DNA of 64,000 nt from Bugula neritina. Its lineage: Eukaryota; Animalia; Bryozoa. The stretch lies in contig OZ037766.1 of NCBI GenBank assembly GCA_964035545.1, positions 3,348,001 to 3,412,000 on the forward strand, written 5' to 3'. The translations under genes were made by a program, and so were the position numbers. Numbering within the stretch: the stretch's first letter is position 1; each line of letters starts with the position of its first letter. Below the pieces are notes generated by a model. The model searched no databases. It was not told the origin of the DNA and was given only the letters and a program-made list of their open reading frames with translations. Positions 41,290-51,179 of this stretch are shown here, piece after piece.

Positions 41290-41670
41290 AGTGCCTGTGG
41301 CTGTGCAGACCATTGTGTGCTTAGTAGTCCTTGCCACAAAGGTTACACTTGTAAGTGGACCCCGTCTGTTGGTGGTGACCTGAGCCCTTCTGTGTGTCGC
41401 CTCTTTTTGGCAGCTGCACTGAAAAATTTTTCTTCATCAACTGTGAGATAATATTTTAGTTTGCTCTTCAACTCGTGTGATCAAATGAGACATCCCCCAG
41501 GACGCTGTATTGATGCCAATAGTCGTCATTTTCCTTGTGCAGACATCTTTGAAGTGTAGCTGAGGTCGCCCATGACTTCGGCTACTGCTGGTTAGTTCAC
41601 TATGTAGAATATCTTTGGGAATGCGTCCTTTGTCCATGTGTCGAACATGACCAAGCCATCGCAGTCAGCA
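41290..41670 (-). mobile_element. RTE-clade (BovB-like) LINE 3' fragment
   Basis: LRWLGHVRHMDKGRIPKDILHSEL...GRPQLHFKDVC is the typical RTE post-RT motif. Confidence 0.85.
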
Positions 41671-44634
41671 TTTATGCTATAAGCTTGAAAATATGTCTAA
41701 AATCACAATATAAAAGCTCCATGAGATCATATGTCTCGAAAAGTATAATATAATTATTTTTCAAGCAGTACATTTGAATGTGGATGGAGCTTTAATACAG
41801 GGAAATATACTAATTTATGATATTACTATGACACATATAAACAACATTGCTGCAGTGGCATATTGTTGTTTATGCATACTATATTTATGGTCAACTGCTT
41901 TATGTTTATATTGATCAAATACTGATAACTAGATTAAGCTGTAGAGTTTAGCAGTAGTACATATAACAATTTGTAGTTATAAATTAATATCATAGCTATA
42001 ATAACTATATAAGCTTAGAATGGAGATAGTTCTAAGGTGCTGATCATTTAGTAAGTATACTTAGCTAATATACACGAAAAAATAAGATATGATATATAAA
42101 GGTATCATAAATATTTAGAATTTTTTCAGCTTTAGCATAATATGAAAACAATACTATGTCTATAAGAATTTTAGCACACAACGTCCAACTCGGATGACAA
42201 TAATCATAGAATGTGTATGCCCCCCCCCCCCCTGATAACAGTATTATAATAATGCCACAGATTTAGATACTAATACATCAACATTATACTACATGTATTT
42301 TACATAACCTATTAATGATGCAATAACTCTCTTTAATTCAAAGCTAGTCTTTTGTCCCTAAACAGGCACTTATTGTGTATCATCGAAATTTTAACTATAA
42401 TCTGCATAATGTATACTATAATGCGATGTGAAAAAACAAAACAGCTTACACAAATTCATCATTTGAGGCTTTATCATTCATAAAACACTTTGGTTGTCTT
42501 TATTTGTTTTAATTCACATAGCAAATATATCTGCATCATCTCTGGTCAAAGTGTATAGAGAATTGATTGGCTTAGTCAGTATATTTTTGACTCAGTCAAA
42601 GTTTAGTTAGTTTCACCCATTTAAACGTTCACTGATAGGTCACCATGAGCAGTTTTGTATTATATATTACAACTAAATAGCCTATAACAACCCGCATCAT
42701 ATTTCATATCTCACTCAATTATATAGTAAATAAAAGGGAGGACTGAGTTTTATTATATAAACAAGATAGCTAAGCGCACCCCTAAAAACCTTAGTATATA
42801 TAGCACATATATAAGTTTAATTCTTCAAATATAGAAATACACAAAACGATCACAACTAAATAAGATTAGCTTTAAAATATTATATCTTAAAAAGCAACAG
42901 AAAACTATATTATAGATATTGAAGGTAAGCAATTGTATTATTATAGTTGTATAAGCTACATGTGACGTAGTAGTGATTAAATATCGTTTTAATAGTGTCT
43001 ATAGGCTATTGTCTCATAAACAGAATTTGAAAAAAAATGTGATTATATTATCTTTTTGTAATTCTAACTGCATGTACTTATATATATCATAGTTTCAAAA
43101 TATTGTGCAGGTTAATACCTGTATAACATACATTTAAAAGAAGCAGTACATATATCAATGAAGTATAATGGCAGCAGTTATTACTATATCTATATTAGTA
43201 AATTAAATATAATTTAAACAGTTGTGAAACTGTTGGGTTTACAGTAGAGTGAGCTCGATTATAGTATGATAATTGCAGCGACTTTTGAATTTGTGACAGT
43301 CAAAATATTGTGTTGACTGAGTCAAAATGAGACAAAATAAATTATAGTCTTAAAAGTACTGATATCACCGCATTATTCAACTAAATCAAAACATACACAG
43401 ACCATAAGAGCAAGAGCTCACACCAAAAATCACTAATAAGAGTTTGGCAGTGGCATATAACAGTCTACAATATTCAAAGTACGTACACACAGAAGTCAAT
43501 CAGGACTTGGTTAGTTGAGCTGTGACTTGTCTATATAATATAATATAGTAGATATAACTTGACAAAACAACAGACACTGCAGGTAAGAAATTAAGTATAT
43601 CATACAAATATTTATTATCTATATAATTAACCCAGGATAGTATTATTATGGAAAATCAATCTAATATTTACACTAATTCTTATTAAATAGATGAAGGTAA
43701 AAAGTTCAAATGAAAAATAAAGCTTAACATTAGAGATATTATGTGCAGTAGGTTAAATAGATAGGAGCAGTAAGTGAGAGAGATGAGTAGGCAAAAAAGA
43801 CATTAATAATTAGTAATCAAAAGAATTTTATTATAACACATAAACCTATGTCCTGTATACATAATATTTAAAAGAAATTAAAATGCAATTTAAAGTAAAT
43901 AAACATTGAGCTTACCCCAATTAATAACCAACTTATAAATCTAAAAATATTTTTAGTAAGTAACAAACAAAGCTACTCACATTACTGTTGAACTGAGTTT
44001 GTTACAATAAGAAATATAACTGAATTTCAACTACACTATAAGACTAACAGTAATTAGTCCACAGTGTGGCATATGTATTATAATAACAAAAGGAAGTTAT
44101 GTTATAAATATGCTGGCATAAAAAATACAAAAGTTTTATCACAATGTGCAAATGTGAAAAGCATACATTTTATAAGTATGCTGAGGGGGAAATACTACTA
44201 TTCTATTTATAAAGTTGGGTGGGCTGTTGTGTTTCAAATACATAGAGGTAAATGGGTAGCATGACAAAGGTTATATAAGAACCATTGTTAGAATCATAGT
44301 ATCTTGTTTTTTCATCAACTCTTTTGAATAACACTGCCAGCATACCTTGAGCTAGCTGAGCATAACAAAGCATAGCAGAGAGCAAAGGGCATTCTATTGC
44401 CATTAGGTTCTTAGAAAGTTTGTATATCTATACATGAGAGGAGAGTTTCAATATGGTAATTATACTGTATAGTGTGAAGGTGTCCTCACAATAATATTGC
44501 AATATTATCTCAATTGAGCTATCAGGTGACTATTATCCACTCCAGCTGAAAAATTATGGCAGAGGAATTTTCAACACTGCCAGATACATATATGTAATCT
44601 CATTTGTTATGTTAAATTCATAGTCATAGTCATT

Positions 44635-44644
44635 GGGAATTCCC
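44635..44644. promoter_or_regulatory. NF-kB consensus site GGGAATTCCC
   Basis: Exact match to GGGRNWYYCC, about 1 kb upstream of the proximal promoter module of copy 8. Confidence 0.5.
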
Positions 44645-45015
44645 TTCTATTACCTTCTACAGTAATCGACACTCGCAGTGATTGGCTGTATAATATAGGA
44701 ATTGCATTATAATGTATATCATGGTATGTTCTGTCGTGCAATACAGCCTTATACTATATTCTATTAGTATATAGTTTTAAATAATGTGAAATATATTCAA
44801 TAGTTTCAATATGGCAGCTACTGTGGTGTACTTTCACAATAATATTCTAATATTATTTCAATTGGACCAACAGATATCTAGCATTATCCACTCCTGTTTG
44901 AGAAATATCATGCTGCATGCATCACATGGCAGAACAACGCAGCTACTCTACTCCAATGCACTTCTACTTTGCTATTATTAGCCCCATTTGTTATATTAAA
45001 GAGGCAACTGTCATT

Positions 45016-45025
45016 GGGACTTCCC
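45016..45025. promoter_or_regulatory. NF-kB consensus site GGGACTTCCC
   Basis: Exact match to GGGRNWYYCC, retained in the diverged duplicate unit. Confidence 0.5.
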
Positions 45026-45920
45026 TTCTATATTATCTCATAGTACCACACCTCTCAGTGATTGGCTGTATAGAATTGCATTCTAATGTTATATTATATA
45101 TTCTATTATATACACTACAGTCTTATATTATAGGTTGTATAGTAGTAAATACTTTTAAATCATATTATGTTATATTTAACTGCAATATAGTATTTTATGG
45201 TGCATTATATGGTAATCCAGAAATGTAATATATATATTATTTGGAACTTAATTACATTATGTTTCATCTTACTATAATAGTCAGAGTATTATGTTGTGCC
45301 TAATTAAATAATATAGTAGCTAGTATGATTAGTTGCACATTCTTATATAAATTAAAAAATATATATACAAATATTATATATTAATGGTAAAGGGAAGAAA
45401 TTATATATGAGTTAACCAATGGTATGCTTGCACAATTAGGCCATGGTAACTGCGTTATAAATTTGTGAAACCATGTGAAACTAAATAATGCTAATAATTT
45501 CTGCACTTTGATCATACTACATTCTACAGTTGTGTAGCAGTAGCACATGCAGGTGGCTATAACCTTTACAGCTTTACATAAGATTAATCTTGTGACAGAC
45601 AAAATATTTTATTGACTGAGTCAAAATTTTAGACAGCAAAAAAACTCTTGAGGGTACTGATCATTAACATCAATCAGCCAATAGTAAACACTTCATATGA
45701 ACTCACAAGCCATGTTTTTACTTTAGAGTAGATGAACCCCAGCTACTAATAGAAGAACAACACATCAAAAGACACCTAGCAAATTCTAACACTAGCAAAT
45801 AACAAACAAATATTGTAAGTCCTGAAACGCAAAAGGAGATTCCATGATTTATCAAGATCAGCTATAAATCAACAGCATTGTATGGTAGACTGCAGGTAAG
45901 AGTTTAAGCTATACTATATA

Positions 45921-47238
45921 GGGGTAACGGGGGCACAACGGTCATAGGGGTACAAAAAGCCGGCCAAATTGTGAGAGAACTTATTAACTTAGAGTTGTGA
46001 TTTTTTTTTCATAAAAAGATATTGACATAATTATTCAGCTTTTGTAGTTTCAACACTTGCGGAACATACGTGTTGAAAAGGCGAGTAAAAAGCTGTTTTT
46101 ACCTACTTTTTGTAAATTTTTTAGGACGTCGTTAAAGCCTCATAACTTTTTACACTCAAAGGCAAGAAGCCTATAGATTTTACTAATATTGTTGCCATTG
46201 CTTGTCTCTACAATGCTCAACTAGTATAACAGCAAACACTGAAATAAAATTTCCTTGAGGCATATTTATTCTCAATTTGGCCACACGGGGCACAATGGGC
46301 CACGCTGACTGGGGCACAATGGGCCACCTAATTATTGCACCCTGATCACTGTTATTAGTTTGTTTGCCTAAAAAGTTGGTTGAACTGTTACTAAAATCTA
46401 TAGATATAGCCATTTCTGACCTTTTTGTAAAATATCAAAGACATCATGGTAAGACTACAAAACTACAAGTTGAAGCTCCCCTAATATATACATCTGGTGA
46501 GGTTAAAGCTTTGCAATTTTATACATAATACAAAACACTCTGCTGTTTCTACTAGTAGATTATAGTCATGATAATCATTATATATTACACCATTGAGGGA
46601 ATATACATGTATTTGACTGAAATAAATTGTGATTTGCTCATTTGCTTCCCCTCTCCCCTCCGTACTCCAGTGACAAACCTCAGTCATGCATGCACCTTAG
46701 CTACAATTCATAGAAAAAAGTCTACTCGGATTTTTGTAGTACACGTTACTGAAGTTTTTTTTTGATAAACGTTGCTCTGAAGTGAAAATAACAGAACATT
46801 TTTAGTTCTAAACAGTAGGTAATGATAATGGCACTGCAGAACCGAGTGACGTGCGTTTGATTTTGCCTTCCTCTGCTAACCGTAGTAACACAAACTGTAC
46901 AGCTAAAACATGAATTTTGCTGTAGATCTGAAAGAGAATCTTTATTTATTTGTAATATTAAATAAATAAAAATTAGATGTAACAAAATATACGCAAAATT
47001 TCAATATATATTTGTTGTGTCTCATTGTACCCCGGTACCGGGGCACAATGGGCCGATTTTTTTGTCGTGAACATTTCATTATTCTGAAAGTTGTGAGAGA
47101 GATAGAAACAACAAACTGATACCTGTAATAGACAACATATGCAGCATTAAGACTAAAGATTATTGAACTAGTAACTTGAAAAACAGACGAATGAGAGCAA
47201 CAAATGCAAAATTCGGCCCGTTGTGCCCCCGTTACCCC
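45921..47238. mobile_element. 1318-bp non-autonomous Tc1/mariner(pogo)-like element in the 5'-UTR intron of copy 8
   Basis: 21-bp TIR ggggtaacgggggcacaacgg / ccgttgtgcccccgttacccc; TA TSD; internal ggggcacaatgggcc repeats near 46287, 46311 and 47040; empty site near 34905. Confidence 0.9.
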
Positions 47239-47506
47239 TATTATGTATTAGCCCATAACATTATTATATATAGAGAAATATTATACTATAATTTAGACTG
47301 CTTTTCAATAACTTGATGGTGAAGAAAAGTGTATATAAGGCCTATTTATATTTTCAACTTTATTGTATCATTCAGACATACATTATGTATTATGTATTAC
47401 ATTATGTATTATATTATGTACATTTTTTTCTACTTTAGCAAAAAACACCCCATTTTTGTGCTGTTCAGTTTTATTCCTAGAAAAATGTTGTTTTAGAGTT
47501 TTAAAC

Positions 47507-47587
47507 ATGGCCTCAGCAGAACCTATCAAGAACCAAGAACAGCCAGATGATGGTGGTACTGAGGTGGAGGAGATTGAGACAACATAA
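47507..47587 (+). CDS. Acidic micropeptide, copy 8 (type C), 26 aa: MASAEPIKNQEQPDDGGTEVEEIETT
   Basis: True start lies inside track ORF 47363-47587, 10 nt after acceptor AG 47495-47496; donors at 42925, 43583 and 45896; AATAAA near 47750. Confidence 0.8.
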   Translation: MASAEPIKNQEQPDDGGTEVEEIETT

Positions 47588-49983
47588 ACATGATGTCAGA
47601 TTATGTGAACTATATGTGTACATTTTCTACCTATATTTTACATTTAACTACTTTACAAGCAGCTTAACTAGATATATACTACCACAATATTTGTTCTCCA
47701 TTCCATGTTTATATTTTCATAAAGCTCAGCTATATGATATGCGCATCTAAATAAATTCCTAAACAATTTATATTTGTTACCAAATTCAAGTGCTCAACCT
47801 TAAAAAAGGTAGCAATTTTGTCTTCAGCCGCATGTCACTATTCAAGATGACAGACTTTGACTCGGTCAATGTTTGTCAAACATTTAGAAGGCTTCGAAAA
47901 GTGCAATTTTTTCATGTGAATTTCCAGCCGAAACCTCCCTCAATATACTACCATGTAGTGTTAACATTACAATAGGACACCACTAAGAAGGATGCAAGTA
48001 CATCACAATGTTACACTATAAAAAATTACAGGCCTTACGTCTGTTGTAGCTGTTGATTTAGACACTTTATTGAAGTTTTCTTCTCTTGGTGTAGTGTGGA
48101 TTGCAATCACCAAATAAATAATATATTTCCTTTTTAATAATACAGGCTGATATTGCAAATAAAGTTTTGAGATTTTTATCATAATCTGTATTTAGTGTAA
48201 ACTTGGTTCAAGTAACTTAAAAATAATTTTCGTCATCATATTATATTTCATTATTGTTATAAGTATTTTTAGCTAGGCCATATAGCTTTGTATCACTTGA
48301 TTTTGTGAACTTTCAGATTATCGTATTATTGTTAAGTTTATGAGTTTGACTTAATACTTTTTATTTATAGCAGCAATAAGCAATTCTAACTTTTAATTAC
48401 GCAATTATATAGGATTGCATGCAACATTTACCAATACATTATTATGTTGTATTATAAGTTCATAGTGTTGCTATATTTGTTCTTAAACAATTCCAATTAC
48501 TCAATTGTGTGATATCTGTGAAAACATTAAAATTAGTAAACTTTTATTAAACAGTTTTTCAAAAGAAGCTCAAGCTAATAAGTGTAAATCAAACACTGAG
48601 GTGGTTATAGCCTTTATTTCTCAGTGTTTGAAATAAAGAAAAGACAACTTCACAATAATTTTGAAAACTTTTTACTCTAATTTAAAATTCATTCCCATCT
48701 TCTAAAGGTTGTCTGCTTTTGATTACATTGAAGTTTTTCAAGAAGATTTTCGTGTTGCTAAGCAATGCAGATAGAAAATTATACACCCCTTGGAGCAGGC
48801 GACGTGTACAGTCAACACCTGAAGCCAAATTCTTATTTCGAAGTTGAAGCTTAGTGTGTTGCCTGGACACCTGCAACACAGTCAAAACCTTAAAAACACT
48901 GTTTAAAGAAGTTATCTGTCCTTTGATAATTTCAGTGTTGATAGACAAGAATACTTGGGTTTTTAGCTTTATTCTAATAATTTTTAATGCAGCCGCTAAT
49001 TAATGGCAAAGTTTTATAAATAAACAGATTATTTTCATTGTTTATGAGGACTCCAAGATTTTCATCTCTGTGTTTAACAACTTCATGTTGCTTGCAAGTA
49101 TAAAACTGTTCATGTTGAAAATTAGATCAAATAATAGTATAAATCTGCTAGTTGAACTTTTATGGTTGAGAAACATAGCAATAATATATAGTAATAAAAT
49201 TATATTGTCACAACACTGATTTATAGTTGCAATTTATAACTATGAACCAATTAGAGGCTGACCTTTAATCATATATACTGAGTGAGCACATTATCGTTTT
49301 GTTATTATTTTATGCATGAAATCTAAAATTTCATAACTTAGTTGAAAAATAAGCTTAATTTCTTTAAACAATCATGAATATGTAGTAGGGATCAAAAGCA
49401 TTTCTAATTTTAAGATATAATCAAGTTCAAGTTCACACTAGGCTAGAACGATATTTTTTAGTAATACCTCAAAAGTATTATTGCTGCCACTGCTTATGTT
49501 GCAACTATTGCGCATGGTGTATATTAATTTGAGATGTATTTTTTTAAAGTAACCTACTTTTGAAACAGCCTACAAATCTAAATTCATTAATCAATGTATA
49601 TTTTATTTAATGTCATTCATCATTAAGCATTTGCAGTGTCATATGTGCCAACAACTCCTATATATAGATATTTGAAAGTTTAAAGGATCTACCAGTAAAT
49701 TTTTTGACTCATAGATCAACATTTATTTAGGCTTAGAAATAAGCATCTATCATGCGCTATATTAAATTTAAAGTTGTACAAATTATAATTATGAGGCAAA
49801 AGAAAACAATTTGAATAATGACAAATATTAGAAAAAATGGCAAAATTACAGGAACTTGAAAAAAATATTCTAATTATAGAACTAATGAATTTGTCAGATT
49901 CTCAAAAACATATTTTAGCATATCAGATATAATAAATTTGCAGCAATACAGTTCTATTGACTAACATTTCATGCTAGATGGAA

Positions 49984-51179
49984 TTACCCACTTTTTCTCT
50001 TTTTATTTGGCAGTTCAAAAGCACCGGTTTCTGTATCATCCTCGCTTTTCATCTCCTCATCTTCTTTCCACCATTTTGATTTAGGCAGACACTTGGGGGC
50101 ACAATCCTTCCATGCCATGTTCACCAGCATTGGGTTGTATAAAACTTCTTGAAGATTTTCCTTGATTTCCATAACATAAGATTGTCGGGCTAAACACGCT
50201 TTATTGAATAGGTCAACTGGCTTACCATTACTATAATTATTGGAATTAATTTGCACGGTACCATCCGCATTCTCAAAGTTTGAGTTCTTCACATTATCTT
50301 TCCAACTGGTCAAAAAGAAAATAGCATTAGTACCCATAAGCTTATTTGTCTCTGCCATGAATGTGACGTCTGTTATAACACCCATCCTCGCAGCTACAAT
50401 CTCTTTGTAACAATTTTCTACATGATTTGCATATGCCTTTGAAGACTGCACCAACGCTACATAGTGTGGCAGATTGAAGGGAATGGCCCTTTCTTGAGGG
50501 TCTTCAACAATTAATTCTTGCAACAATAAAATGTACAGAGATCCAGCAATGATAAACACACCAAGTGTGGCGTACTTGCAAGGGTCTTCATACAAGCTTT
50601 TTACAAGAGGCTCGGCATATATAACAAATCCTGTAGCTAAACCAGAGCAAGCATCTTGCTGGTTGTCACAATCCCTTCGAAAGGGTATGTAGACATTCTT
50701 AATCCTGTCGACTAGTTGATTAATTTCAGCATTTATTTTATTCCTCCGATCTTCAGGCATGTTTTCTCCCATGTAAGCTTCTATATCCCTGCTAGCAGTT
50801 GTGAAATAGTCATTCATTTGATTTATAAAAATGCTTTCGACTGAATCCAAACCTTTGCATTCGATTATAGCCATAGTAAGATCATTGGCTATTTGTTGAA
50901 TCTGCTTATCTGCATCAGATGGTGTGGAATCTAAATAAAATAAAATACTTATTACATAACTCTATACTTAATACAACAGTTTCATCTAAATAAATAGCCT
51001 AGCTTGTTATTACTAAATAAAAAAAAATTGCTGATAGTCGGGTTCGAACCCTGACACTGTTTTTTTGCTAGCAGTCAAGTAAACATTGTAGAAGGATAGT
51101 CAAAACTTGATGTTGCAATAAATAGTGAGAAATAGTAACTCAATAAGCATAAATTATGTTCTATACACTTACCTGCCAT
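49984..51179 (-). CDS. Two-exon gene, 317 aa (MADSTPSDADKQIQQIANDLTMAIIECK...PNKKRKSG); putative Cry/delta-endotoxin domain I-like helical protein
   Basis: Exon 1 ATG GCA G (51179-51173) then GTAAGT; 242-nt intron ending ttttatttAG (50931); exon 2 (50930-49984) continues in frame into the 296-aa track ORF; TATA-like TATATA near 51235. Motifs LGVFIIAGSLYILLLQELIVEDP and YANHVENCYKE resemble Cry helices 5 and 6. The gene model is solid; the family call is by eye (about 0.55). Confidence 0.8.

Larger units (their letters stand above)
44444..45135 (+). repeat. Diverged tandem duplication of about 360-380 bp; each unit has a kB site and an ATTGG box
   Basis: agtttcaatatgg at 44444 and 44802; shared cattggga(a/c)ttcccttcta and cagtgattggctgta. 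Confidence 0.75.

Noticed and set aside
3056-47869. Palindromic repeats as a CRISPR array or integron attC sites
   Set aside because: Irregular kb-scale spacing, only 11-13 bp, eukaryotic context, no cas or integrase gene.
50015-50040. DDTETGAF as a Keap1-binding ETGE motif (Nrf2 DEETGEF-like)
   Set aside because: The critical second Glu is Ala; single occurrence with no conservation data.
51037-51056. gtcgggttcgaaccctgac as a tRNA gene
   Set aside because: Only an isolated B-box/T-arm-like hairpin in an intron, with no cloverleaf; probably a SINE relic.
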